This document shows, piece after piece, positions 1-9,038 of a stretch of 64,000 nucleotides of DNA; the first letter of the stretch is position 1, and the number at the start of each line of letters is the position of its first letter. The notes beneath the pieces are model-generated. The model saw only the letters and a program-made list of their open reading frames with translations, was not told where the DNA came from and did not search any database. Origin of the DNA: an uncultured Gemmatimonadaceae bacterium (GTDB lineage Bacteria > Gemmatimonadota > Gemmatimonadetes > Gemmatimonadales > Gemmatimonadaceae); contig CAWGJO010000026.1 of assembly GCA_963822945.1 (NCBI GenBank), positions 64,001 through 128,000 on the forward strand, in the 5' to 3' direction. The position numbers and the translations under genes were made by a program.

Positions 1-81
1 CGCGAGGCGGAAGCGGAGGCGGAGGCGGAGGCGCGGGTCGAGTCTGCGGACGCGCCGGCCGACGGCGAAGCGCCGCGGTGA
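1..81 (+). CDS. 3' end of an upstream gene (partial; acidic EAEAEA tail)
   Basis: Frame 1 reads REAEAEAEAEARVESADAPADGEAPR* with TGA at 79-81; too short to identify. Confidence 0.4.
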   Translation, partial: REAEAEAEAEARVESADAPADGEAPR

Positions 82-90
82 GTCGCACGC

Positions 91-116
91 GGAACCCGGG
101 CGCCTGGTTCGACGTA
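91..116 (+). promoter_or_regulatory. Candidate ECF sigma-factor promoter
   Basis: GGAACC (91-96), 16-nt spacer, CGTA (113-116) in the intergenic region upstream of the 254 gene; matches the common ECF -35/-10 pattern. Confidence 0.4.
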
Positions 117-253
117 GGGAATCGGGAGGCGCGGCGCATTCTTCCCGTAGCGGGGTAGAAAGTGGCCACGTAGGTTTGGAACCTGTCGCCGGAGGGCGCG
201 ATCGCACCGTTGAGGTCATCGCGTGCCGGCGGCGCACACCGCTCGAGGCTTCC

Positions 254-817
254 ATGTCCGATACGTCCAGAAAGTGGGCCGGCCGCGCCATCCAGGTGGT
301 GCTTCTGATCGCGGCGCTCGCCTTCATCGGGAACTGGTTCCGCTCGCACTTCAACAACGCGCGCCACGAAACGCACGTGGCGGGATTGGAGTCGCCGCCC
401 GATTCGCTGGGACCGGGCGATCTGATGATCCAGAATGCGGACAGTTCCGTGGATCTGATCCTGGCCGGCGACCGGATCTGGGCGGGGCTGTCGCCGAAAA
501 CGGTCGCGAAGGTCCGTAGCCAACTCGACACCTCCCAGCACTCCGACTCGGGGTTGGGCGGGAGCATCGCGAAGATGGTGAAGTCGGGGGTGGCCGGCGC
601 CATCGACAAGCACGCCGTGTACCGGCTGTCCGACCTGCGTGACGTGCGCTACGAGAACGGCCGCCTGATCTTCGATTGGAAATCGGGCGGGCACGATACG
701 ATGTTCAAGAACACGAAGGTCAACGGCGATCGCGCCGACGAGACGTTCAGCAAGGACGACGCCGAACGGTTCATCGCCGCGGTCCACGCGCGCCAGAAGC
801 AATTGGGACTTCCTTAG
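254..817 (+). CDS. Hypothetical protein with single N-terminal transmembrane anchor
   Basis: ATG at 254 (MSDTSRKWAGRAIQVVLLIAALAFIG); GC3-biased codons; TAG at 815-817. Confidence 0.75.
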   Translation: MSDTSRKWAGRAIQVVLLIAALAFIGNWFRSHFNNARHETHVAGLESPPDSLGPGDLMIQNADSSVDLILAGDRIWAGLSPKTVAKVRSQLDTSQHSDSGLGGSIAKMVKSGVAGAIDKHAVYRLSDLRDVRYENGRLIFDWKSGGHDTMFKNTKVNGDRADETFSKDDAERFIAAVHARQKQLGLP

Positions 818-828
818 ACCTCCATTCC

Positions 829-1983
829 ATGCTGAACACATTGGCGGCGCTTCTCGCGCTCGGCATGCCGGGCGTCCGGCCCGCGCCGCAGGCGGCCCCG
901 CCGGCCATCCGGCACGTCTTCGTGATCGTGCTCGAGAACCAGGCCTACGAATCGACCTTCGGCGCCGGATCGCCCGCCCCGTATCTGGCCGACACGCTCG
1001 TGCGCGCCGGCGCGTTCCTGAGGCAGTACTACGGCATCGGTCACGCCAGCCTCGACAACTACATCGCGATGGTGAGCGGCATCGCGCCCAACCCGCATAC
1101 ACAGGCCGACTGCGAACGCTACGTGGAGTTCGTGCAGACGGGCACGGCGCCCGACGGCCAGCCCATCGGCAGCGGATGCGTGTATCCGGCCGGCGTGCCC
1201 ACCATCGCCAACCAACTCATGGACCGGCATCTGAGTTGGAAGGCGTACATGGAGGACATGGGCAAGGATCCGTCGCGCGAGTCCGCCACCTGCGGCCACG
1301 CCGCGATCGGGACGGTGGATCGCACGGAGCGGGCCGCGCCCAACGACCAGTACGCGGCCAAGCACAATCCCTTCGTGTACTTCCACGCGATCATCGATGC
1401 GCCGGTGTGCCACACGAACGTCGTGCCGCTCACGGCGCTGAACGCGGACCTGCGGTCGGCGGCCACGACGCCGAACTATGCGTTCATCGCGCCGAACCTC
1501 TGCCACGACGCACACGACCGACCCTGCCGCAACGGCGAGCCGGGCGGACTGGTGTCGGCCGACCGGTTCCTGGCCGAGTGGGTGCCGCGCATCATGCGGT
1601 CGGCGGCGTATCGCGACGGCGGACTGATCATCATCACCTTCGACGAGGCGCAGAGCGGGCACAAGGAAGCGTGCTGCAACGAGCCGACGGGGCCCAACAC
1701 GTCGTCGCCCGGCGCGGGTGGGCCGGGGGGCGGACGCACCGGTACGGTGCTGCTGTCCCCGTTCATCCGGCCGGGCACGGTGTCGGACGTGCCGTACAAC
1801 CACTACTCCATGCTGCGCAGCGTGGAGGACATCTTCGGACTGCCGCATCTCGGGTACGCGGGGCAGAAGGGGTTGGTGCCCTTCGGCGACGACGTCTATA
1901 CGGGGTCGGCGTCCTTGAGGCCTACCAGTTCGAGCAGCTTGAGCGCGTTGCTCGACGTCGCCTTGCCGGGGCGCAGCCGGTAG
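829..1983 (+). CDS. Secreted phosphoesterase family (acid phosphatase/phospholipase C-like, alkaline phosphatase superfamily)
   Basis: Signal peptide; HVFVIVLEN, HASLDNY, YAAKHNPF, NLCHDAHD, ITFDE and YNHYSMLRSVED motifs; 3' end overlaps the convergent MutS-like gene by 88 nt. Confidence 0.85.
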   Translation: MLNTLAALLALGMPGVRPAPQAAPPAIRHVFVIVLENQAYESTFGAGSPAPYLADTLVRAGAFLRQYYGIGHASLDNYIAMVSGIAPNPHTQADCERYVEFVQTGTAPDGQPIGSGCVYPAGVPTIANQLMDRHLSWKAYMEDMGKDPSRESATCGHAAIGTVDRTERAAPNDQYAAKHNPFVYFHAIIDAPVCHTNVVPLTALNADLRSAATTPNYAFIAPNLCHDAHDRPCRNGEPGGLVSADRFLAEWVPRIMRSAAYRDGGLIIITFDEAQSGHKEACCNEPTGPNTSSPGAGGPGGGRTGTVLLSPFIRPGTVSDVPYNHYSMLRSVEDIFGLPHLGYAGQKGLVPFGDDVYTGSASLRPTSSSSLSALLDVALPGRSR

Positions 1984-3743
1984 TCGAAGCTCATCGACGC
2001 CGCGCCATTGGCGCGCGAGAACTCCTCGCGGAAGTGCACGTGCCGCGAGACGGATGAGAGTTCGGGGTCGTCGACGAGTTGCAGGTCGTGGGTGGACACG
2101 GCGCCGATGGCCCCCGTGCCCACGAGGTGGCGCAGCACGTGGCGCGCGGCCACGGTGCGCTCGGCCGAGTTGGTGCCGTGCAGGATCTCGTCGAGGAGGT
2201 AGACGAACGCCCGTCCCTCGCCCGGGGTCACCGCGTCGGCGGCGTCGACCACCGACTTCAGCCGCTCCAACTCGGCCATGAAGTAGCTCACCCCGCGCTG
2301 CAGCGAGTCCTGCACGCGCATGCTCGTGTGCAACACGGCGGGCGGGTGGCGGAAGCGGCGCGCGCACACCACCGATCCCGCCTGGCTCAGCACGAGATTG
2401 AGACCGATGGAGCGGAGCAGGGTGCTCTTGCCCGCCATGTTCGACCCCGTGACCACGAGAATGCTGCCGGCGGGGCCGACGGTCACGTCGTTGCGCACGC
2501 CCACGTCGTCGGCGAGCAGCGGATGGCCGAGCGCTTCGGCTTCGATGGTGGGCGCCGCGTGGTCGGCGAGTTCGGGGAAGCTCCAGTCGGGGTTGTCGTG
2601 GGCCAGCGTGGCCAGCGCCGAGAGACTCTCCATCTCCCCGAGCGCGGCCATCCAGTCGGCCACGCGGGCCCCCGACCGCCGCTGCCATCGCTCGATCAGG
2701 TGCGCCACGTGGAAGTCCCACAGGGTGAGCGTATTCACCGCGAAATACAGCAGCGGTGACAGGCGGAGTTCGGTGCAGTCGGCGAGGGCTGTGAGCCGCC
2801 GGATCTCCGCGTCCGCGGGGGCCGGCGTCGTGAGGCGCTCGCGAATGGCCGCCAGCAATGGAGCGTCGAACCGCTGATCCGCCACCACGCGTGCCATCGC
2901 GCCGTACCGCCGCAGCATGTTGGCTTGCCCGACCACCGGCTTGAAGCATTCGCTCAGCCGCCGGGAATGGTCGCTCATCAGCAACCAACCGGCGATGGCC
3001 GGCACCACCCAGAAGGAGTGCGGCGTGGCGCCCGACAGCTGCGCGGCGAGCAGGGCGATGGTTGCCGCGGGGATGAGCACGGTGAGCGCCAGGAGCCAGG
3101 GCTTGGCCAGCAGCCAGCCGTCGCCGGCCGCCCAACGCGCGAGTTCGCCAAGCGCCTCGCCGCTTACGGTGACGCGCAGGCCGGCGACGGCCAGCTCCTC
3201 GCGAAAGACGTCGCGCTCCCGCAACTCGGCCACCGCGCGCTGCCGTTCACGGATGGTGGCGGGGTCGGCGGGCGCGACCAGCCACTCCCGCAGGGTCGCG
3301 CGTCCCGGGGCGCGGCTCATGGCCGGCATCAATTGGACCAGCGAGGCCTGACCGAACAGATCGAGATCCACGGCGTACGGGTGGCCGGGCGGCTCGACCA
3401 CCCAGGGACGCGCCGGAATCTGCTCCCACGCGCGGGCGGTGCGATGCTCGCCCTCTTCGGCCAACGTGAGCAGGTCGTTGGTGTGCTGGAGCCGGGTCTT
3501 GGCGCGGTTGCTCGCGCGCACGAGCAAGAGGAATCCGGCGAGTACCACGACGGCGGCGGTGAGCCAGAGCGCGCGGTGCGTGCCGGCGGTGGCCCATCGC
3601 GCGAACAGCAGTCCGGCGGCGACGAACACCAGCAGGCGCAGGTTGCCCAGACGGTCCACGGCGGCCGACTGGCCGGCACGGCGTGTGCGGAGTTCAGCGG
3701 CCCGGGCCGAGTAGGCGGCGCGGACGTCGGCGGAAGTTGCCAT
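1896..3743 (-). CDS. Membrane-anchored MutS-like ATPase (MutS domain V, no mismatch-recognition domain)
   Basis: N-terminal hydrophobic helices; DLDLFG; Walker A TGSNMAGKST; SYFMAELERLK; LDEILHGTNSAER; STHDL. Confidence 0.88.
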   Translation of the reverse strand: MATSADVRAAYSARAAELRTRRAGQSAAVDRLGNLRLLVFVAAGLLFARWATAGTHRALWLTAAVVVLAGFLLLVRASNRAKTRLQHTNDLLTLAEEGEHRTARAWEQIPARPWVVEPPGHPYAVDLDLFGQASLVQLMPAMSRAPGRATLREWLVAPADPATIRERQRAVAELRERDVFREELAVAGLRVTVSGEALGELARWAAGDGWLLAKPWLLALTVLIPAATIALLAAQLSGATPHSFWVVPAIAGWLLMSDHSRRLSECFKPVVGQANMLRRYGAMARVVADQRFDAPLLAAIRERLTTPAPADAEIRRLTALADCTELRLSPLLYFAVNTLTLWDFHVAHLIERWQRRSGARVADWMAALGEMESLSALATLAHDNPDWSFPELADHAAPTIEAEALGHPLLADDVGVRNDVTVGPAGSILVVTGSNMAGKSTLLRSIGLNLVLSQAGSVVCARRFRHPPAVLHTSMRVQDSLQRGVSYFMAELERLKSVVDAADAVTPGEGRAFVYLLDEILHGTNSAERTVAARHVLRHLVGTGAIGAVSTHDLQLVDDPELSSVSRHVHFREEFSRANGAASMSFDYRLRPGKATSSNALKLLELVGLKDADPV

Positions 3744-3813
3744 GCCTTGAAAATGGCGACCCGCGCCGTTTCCCGCGCGGGGTGTCGTGGGGAGGCGGCC
3801 GCCCGCCCCCGGC

Positions 3814-5247
3814 TCAGTTCCCGCCCTTGTCGATCAGATCGGTGAAGGCATCGAGCGACCGCATGAACTGGTAGCGTGGGTCGCGCACGATCTCGTCGAT
3901 GGTGATGGCCTTGCCCGCCAGCGCGCAGCGCAGTTCGTCGAGAGTGCTCCCGGCGTCGCCGCTGAGGGCGTAGGCGCGGGCCCGTTCGCGGCACACCGTC
4001 GGCGAACGCGGGTGGATCATCTCGGCTATGGTGAGCATGGCCAGCGCGCGCGACTGGTCCTTGACCGCGATGTAGGCCTCGGGTTCGTAGAACGACGCCT
4101 GGACGTACAGCTCGGCCAGCCGCCGTTCGGCCCACATGGCGCGGACCGAGTCCTGCCGGTCGGTGGCCCACTGCTGGAACTGCACGATGCGCAGGTCGCC
4201 GGCAAGCTTCCGCAGGTCGGGCACACCCGGATGCTTCCGCACCGCGAGCAACGTGGCTCCCATGGCGCGCTGCACGCCGGGCGTGCTCTTGTGGAGCGAG
4301 TCCAGTTCGGCACGCCACCGTTGCACGGCCGGCGACCCGTCGAGCGACGCGAGCTCCGCGCGCGCCCCGCTCAGGTCGTGGAGGCCCGCCCAGGCGGCAA
4401 TGATGCCGGCCCACTGGTTCGCCGCCTCGCCCGTGCGGCCCGAATCGGCGGTCGCCACGGCGTGCGTCGAGTCCACGGAGAACACCGAGTCGACCAGCAG
4501 CGAGTCCATCGGACGCAGCTTCCGCGCCATGGCGCGGGCCTCGAGCCAGCCCATGGCCTGCGCCAGTACCGGCTCGGGGGGCCACCGGTGGCCGCCGCGG
4601 AACAGGTCGGTGCGGATCGGCGCGCCGAGCGCGCGCAGCGTGTCGGTGGTGTTCAACACCTCGTCGTAGTTGAACCCGCTGTCGCCGGCCGCCATCGCCA
4701 CGTCGAACGGCGGCTTGCCGCCGTGCTGCCGGCGCCAGGCGGAATCGCCGGGCATCGAAGCGCCCGCCGAGATGATGCCCGCCACGTGCCCGCCGGCGCC
4801 GTACGCGAACACCCACGTGTCGCGCGCGGTGCCCGAGAAGCCGGCCAGGTAGATGCGCGAGGTGTCGACGCGGAACGCCGAGAACGCATCGTCGAGCATC
4901 AGGTTCACGGCGCGCTGGTTGGGTGCGTTCTCCTCGTCGCTGCGGGTGTCGTAGCTGCTCATCACCACCCATCCCAACCGCTCCGCCGCGGGCACCATCA
5001 ACTCGATTGAACGCCGGGCATTCCCCCGCGGGTCGAGCACGAGCAGCAGGGGCACGGGCGCGGTGCCCGTGTAGCCACGCGGGATGTACGCCGCGTAGCG
5101 GAAGTTGCTGTCCCGTCGCGCAACGAGCGGTGCGAGCACGGATCCCTTGTATGCACTGTCGATCTGCTGCCCGGCGGCCCGACCGGTGGGCACCAGAGCG
5201 GGGAGGGTGGCGAGCGCGGCGACGAAAGCGATGCGTAGGGGGCGCAT
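3814..5247 (-). CDS. Secreted alpha/beta-hydrolase (esterase/phospholipase-like) with C-terminal TPR-like region
   Basis: Signal peptide; LDPRG; RIYLAGFSGTAR nucleophile elbow; GGHRWPP; C-terminal ARAYALSGD...LRCAL...DPRYQFMR TPR-type ending. Confidence 0.7.
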   Translation of the reverse strand: MRPLRIAFVAALATLPALVPTGRAAGQQIDSAYKGSVLAPLVARRDSNFRYAAYIPRGYTGTAPVPLLLVLDPRGNARRSIELMVPAAERLGWVVMSSYDTRSDEENAPNQRAVNLMLDDAFSAFRVDTSRIYLAGFSGTARDTWVFAYGAGGHVAGIISAGASMPGDSAWRRQHGGKPPFDVAMAAGDSGFNYDEVLNTTDTLRALGAPIRTDLFRGGHRWPPEPVLAQAMGWLEARAMARKLRPMDSLLVDSVFSVDSTHAVATADSGRTGEAANQWAGIIAAWAGLHDLSGARAELASLDGSPAVQRWRAELDSLHKSTPGVQRAMGATLLAVRKHPGVPDLRKLAGDLRIVQFQQWATDRQDSVRAMWAERRLAELYVQASFYEPEAYIAVKDQSRALAMLTIAEMIHPRSPTVCRERARAYALSGDAGSTLDELRCALAGKAITIDEIVRDPRYQFMRSLDAFTDLIDKGGN

Positions 5248-5441
5248 GAAAGCGGCCTCGGCGGACGGGTGGGTCGTTGCCGGACAACATTACAACATTC
5301 GCGGCCGGGCGCGAATGGTTCCCGGGATCCTTACAGGGCGCGTACGTGAAACGGCAACCCGGAGGTGAATGACGAGTGGCGGGAGCCGGCAGTCGACAGC
5401 CTGCAGCCGCCGGTGAACCGCGCGCCGCCGTCCGGTGAGTG

Positions 5442-6479
5442 CTAACTCGCCGCCGTCATTGCCAGGACCGCGAACGAGGCCAGCCAGTGCTCTCCCATGT
5501 AGTCGCCGGCCACGTGCGGCAGGCTGGCGGCGAGGTGCCGGTCGGCCGCCGCGTGCGCCACCGCAATCCGGGGGTCGTCCGCGGGCAGCGCACCAGCGAT
5601 CGACCGCCAGCACCAGGCGCGAGTAAGGTTCAACCCGTCCAGGTGCGCGATCTTGCCGTCGCTGCGGTCGCTGACGTGCGCGGGCCGAAAGAGCGCGGCC
5701 GGTTCCTGCTCCGCGATGCGCGGCAGAAAGCGGCCGAGCCAGTCGGCGAATCCGCGCGGCGGCATCATCCGTCGCATGCATTCGGCTTCGATGAGCGCCG
5801 ATGACAGGAAATCGTCGCCGCCGGGTTCCCAGGCCTGGCAGTCCGCGTCGGTTCCGTACCAGCCGTTGGCCTTCTCGCGCAGCAGGTCGGCCAACGCGGT
5901 GTCGCCCGCCGTCGTGGCGTAATCCATGGCGAGGGTGAGCGCGAAGGCCGTATTGAAGTGGGTGCCGACGCGCACGGGATACGTCGCTTTGGGCAGGAAC
6001 TCCCGGAACCGCTGCACGAATTCGGCGACGAGCGGTTGGAGCGCGGACGACCATCGCCGGCCTTCCGGGGTGGTGTGGCGGGCGAGTTCGCCCCCGAGCA
6101 TCAACAGCCATGCCCACCCGTAGGGGCGCTCGAATCCGCCGCGTGACGGCTGCCGGAGATACGCCACCTCGCCGGCCACGTGCTCCGCGGTGAAGTGCGC
6201 GTCGAACTGCGCGCGGATGTGGGGCGATTCGTCCAGCGACGGGAAGTGCCGGTGGAGCAGGGCCAGCATCCAGTAGCCGTGCACGCACGAATGCCAGTCG
6301 AAGCTTCCGTAGAAGACCGGGTGCAGGGCGCGCGGGCCGCGGACGTCGTCGGCGCCGTTGAGCACATGGTCGAGCTTGTTGGGGTACTCACGCGACACGT
6401 GCCCGAGCGCGATGGCCGCGAACCGCGAGGCGGTGGCGGCGGAGAGCGTCGCGTCGGAGCGGTCGAATTCGACGGTCAT
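5442..6479 (-). CDS. DUF2891 family protein
   Basis: REYPNKLDH, HPVFYGSFDWHSCVHGYW, FERPYGWAW, RVGTHFNTAF, HLDGLNLTRAW, YMGEHWLASFA; ATG at 6479 lies just after the DUF979 stop. Confidence 0.85.
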   Translation of the reverse strand: MTVEFDRSDATLSAATASRFAAIALGHVSREYPNKLDHVLNGADDVRGPRALHPVFYGSFDWHSCVHGYWMLALLHRHFPSLDESPHIRAQFDAHFTAEHVAGEVAYLRQPSRGGFERPYGWAWLLMLGGELARHTTPEGRRWSSALQPLVAEFVQRFREFLPKATYPVRVGTHFNTAFALTLAMDYATTAGDTALADLLREKANGWYGTDADCQAWEPGGDDFLSSALIEAECMRRMMPPRGFADWLGRFLPRIAEQEPAALFRPAHVSDRSDGKIAHLDGLNLTRAWCWRSIAGALPADDPRIAVAHAAADRHLAASLPHVAGDYMGEHWLASFAVLAMTAAS

Positions 6480-6481
6480 GA

Positions 6482-7438
6482 TCAGTACCGGAAGACCAGG
6501 AAGTTCATGAGCAGGATGTTGGCTGCCAGCAGCAGGATGCCGGTGGGAATCTGTACCTTGATCACGCCGTTCTCGTCGGGGAGTTCGAGCAGGGCGGCGG
6601 GCACGATGTTGAAGTTGGCGGCCATCGGCGTCATCAGCGTGCCGCAGTAGCCGGAGAGCATGCCGATGGCGGCCATGATCGCCGGGTCGCCGCCGAACTT
6701 CGTGACGATGAGCGGCAATCCGATGCCGGCGGTCATCACCGGGAAGGCCGCGAACGCGTTGCCCATGATGATCGTGAACAGGGCCATGCCCACGGCGTAC
6801 GTCACCACCACCACGAAGGCATGGTCCAGCGGAATCCAGCGGTTGAAGAGCGTGGAGACCACGCCGCCCACACCGGCAATGGCGAACAGCGCGCCCAGCG
6901 CGGCGAGCATCTGCGGGAGCACCGCGGCCCATCCCACCGAGTCCATCAGCCGGCGGGCCTCCTTGATGGGCGACGCCAGAGGCGCGCGGAGCATGATCAT
7001 CCCCGCCACCAGCGACACCACCGTTGCCAACCCGAGCGAGATCACCGTGACCTGCTTGGGATCGACCAGCGGGACGCCGTGAATCTGCAGATGCTTGAAC
7101 GCGCTCGTGCCGGCGAGCGTGACGGCGGGAATGAGCAGGGCGGGGACGAAGAGCCGGTTGCCCCACCGCCGGGCGCTCGCCTCGCGCTGTTCGCGCGTGG
7201 CCGATTCGGCGCCGCTGCCGCCCAGGCCGCCGATGCTCGACACGAGCACCATACCGATGACCAGGCAGCCATTGGTGAAGTCGGAGAGGTGCGAGCCGAT
7301 CAGAAATGTGATGGCGTAGATGCCCCAGAACAGGAGCTTGTTGTAGCGCTTGCGGTCGCCGGCGTCGAGCACGTTCACGATCGCGATGCCGGCGAGCATG
7401 AGGCCCATGAGCAGGTAGACGGAGCCGAGCCCGATCAT
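6482..7438 (-). CDS. DUF979 family membrane protein (predicted 5-oxoproline transporter subunit)
   Basis: Polytopic; GWAAVLPQMLAALGALF, FTIIMGNAFAAFPVMTAGIG, GYCGTLMTPMAANFNIVPAALLE; ATGA overlap with the upstream DUF969 stop. Confidence 0.88.
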   Translation of the reverse strand: MIGLGSVYLLMGLMLAGIAIVNVLDAGDRKRYNKLLFWGIYAITFLIGSHLSDFTNGCLVIGMVLVSSIGGLGGSGAESATREQREASARRWGNRLFVPALLIPAVTLAGTSAFKHLQIHGVPLVDPKQVTVISLGLATVVSLVAGMIMLRAPLASPIKEARRLMDSVGWAAVLPQMLAALGALFAIAGVGGVVSTLFNRWIPLDHAFVVVVTYAVGMALFTIIMGNAFAAFPVMTAGIGLPLIVTKFGGDPAIMAAIGMLSGYCGTLMTPMAANFNIVPAALLELPDENGVIKVQIPTGILLLAANILLMNFLVFRY

Positions 7439-8253
7439 CGCCCGGCCTCCGCGTCGTCGTCCCGCCGTCCCGCCCGTTGACTGTCCGACTGTCCGACTGT
7501 CTGACTGTCCGACTGGCCGGCCCTCCGGCCATCCGACTGTCCGACTGTCTGACTGTCCGACTGGCCGTCCGTCTGGCCGATCCTCCGCCCCTCCCACTCC
7601 CGCATCAGGCTCCGGTCCAGCATCGCCAGCCGCACGAAATGGATGGCCGTCGCGCAGAGCGCCGTGGGCACCGCCCACTTGGCCAGCGTGGTCGCCGCGA
7701 CGTCGATGCCGTTCTGGGCCAGGAACCCCTTGATGAGCAGGATGGAGCCGATGGCGATGAAGATGTCCTCGCCGAAGAAGGCGCCGATGTTGTCCACCGC
7801 CGCGGCGTGGGCACGAATGCGGAACCGTGTCTTGTCCGGCAGTTCGCCGAACCGGCTCTCGGCCGCGCCCTCGGCCATCGGCGCGAGCAGGGGGCGCACC
7901 ATCTGCGCGTGTCCGCCCAACGAGGTGAGCCCCAGGGCGGCGGTGATCTGCCGCAGCGCCATGTACGCCATGAGCACGCGACCCGTCGTGGCCGCGTGGA
8001 TGCGGGCGATCATCTCGCGCGCGCGTTCCTTGAGGCCGCTGCGTTCGAGCAGGCCGATCACCGGCAGCACCATCCAGACGATGGCCACGTACCGGTTCTC
8101 GGTGAAGGCCTTGCCGAAGGCGGCGATCACGTCGTGCAGACCGAGTCCGCCGGCGAGGCCGGTGACGATGCCCGCCACCGTAACCACGAGCAGCGCATTG
8201 ATGCGCAGCGCGAACCCGATGACGACGACGAGAACTCCGAGCAGGGTGAGCAT
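7435..8253 (-). CDS. DUF969 family membrane protein with repeat-encoded C-terminal extension
   Basis: LPVIGLLERSGLKE, SLGGHAQMVRPLLAPMAEGAAE, DNIGAFFGEDIFIA; tail GQSDSQTVGQSD is encoded by an octamer array. Confidence 0.88.
   Translation of the reverse strand: MLTLLGVLVVVIGFALRINALLVVTVAGIVTGLAGGLGLHDVIAAFGKAFTENRYVAIVWMVLPVIGLLERSGLKERAREMIARIHAATTGRVLMAYMALRQITAALGLTSLGGHAQMVRPLLAPMAEGAAESRFGELPDKTRFRIRAHAAAVDNIGAFFGEDIFIAIGSILLIKGFLAQNGIDVAATTLAKWAVPTALCATAIHFVRLAMLDRSLMREWEGRRIGQTDGQSDSQTVGQSDGRRAGQSDSQTVGQSDSQRAGRRDDDAEAGR
7481..7576. repeat. Tandem array of 12 degenerate 8-bp units (consensus CTGTCCGA)
   Basis: Units from 7481: ctgtccga ctgtccga ctgtctga ctgtccga ctggccgg ccctccgg ccatccga ctgtccga ctgtctga ctgtccga ctggccgt ccgtctgg. 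Confidence 0.95.
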
Positions 8254-8378
8254 GGGGCGGGAAGCTACCCCGTGGCGGGAGGCGGCGGCAATCCGAGTGT
8301 CCGCGTCGGTTTGCGCGCGAGGGATGGCGTCGCGGGGATTCCGGGGTGACACTTCAGCATCTACGGAGGAGCCCCCCA

Positions 8379-8966
8379 ATGCAGATCCAGCGAGTCTTCC
8401 ACGCCGCGGCCTGCGCCGCCGCCATCGGCCTCGGCGCCACCAGCGCCGCCGCCCAGCACGACCACGGCGCCATGAATGCCGCCCCGGCCGCGCAGCCCTC
8501 CAGGCCCACCGAGGCGGGGCAGGGTGCGTTTGCCGCCATTCAGGAAATCGTGCGCATCCTCAAGGCCGACTCCACCACCGACTGGTCGAAGGTGAATCTC
8601 GAAGCGCTGCGCCAGCACCTGATCGACATGAACGACGTGGTGCTGCACGCCCAGGTTGCGCAGCACGACACCGCCGGTGGATTCGAGGCCGACGTCACCG
8701 GGCAGGGGCGCACCACCGGCGCCATCCGCCGGATGCTCACGGAACACGCCCGGATGATGGAGATGATGGGCGGCTACCACGTGAGCGCGACCCCGATCCC
8801 GAACGGCGCCCACCTGGTGGTGACCGCCCTCGATGCGAACGACGCGCGCTCGGTGGCCGAGTTGCGCGGGCTCGGCGTCATCGGCATTCTCGCGGACGGC
8901 GACCATCACCCCATGCACCATCTGGCGCTGGCGCGGGGCGAACCCATGATGCACAACCACCGGTGA
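8379..8966 (+). CDS. Secreted His/Met-rich hypothetical protein, possible metal-binding
   Basis: GGAGGA RBS at 8365-8370; signal peptide then QHDHGAM; DWSKVNLEALRQHLIDMN; HARMMEMM; GDHHPMHH...MMHNH. Confidence 0.8.
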   Translation: MQIQRVFHAAACAAAIGLGATSAAAQHDHGAMNAAPAAQPSRPTEAGQGAFAAIQEIVRILKADSTTDWSKVNLEALRQHLIDMNDVVLHAQVAQHDTAGGFEADVTGQGRTTGAIRRMLTEHARMMEMMGGYHVSATPIPNGAHLVVTALDANDARSVAELRGLGVIGILADGDHHPMHHLALARGEPMMHNHR

Positions 8967-9038
8967 GTCCGGCGACCGACACGAAACCGTGACCGGGCGG
9001 ATCTCGACACCGCCCGGCGACACTCCAGACTTGAGCCC

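Noticed and set aside
100..120. GGTTCGA resembling a tRNA T-loop
   Set aside because: No cloverleaf, acceptor stem or CCA can be built around it
5361..5416. Strong GGAGGTG followed by a short ORF MTSGGSRQSTACSRR
   Set aside because: SD-to-ATG spacing is about 1 nt, the ORF is 15 codons with no recognisable feature, and it opposes the flanking genes
7481..7576. Octamer arrays as CRISPR
   Set aside because: Contiguous 8-bp units without unique spacers; no cas genes in the window
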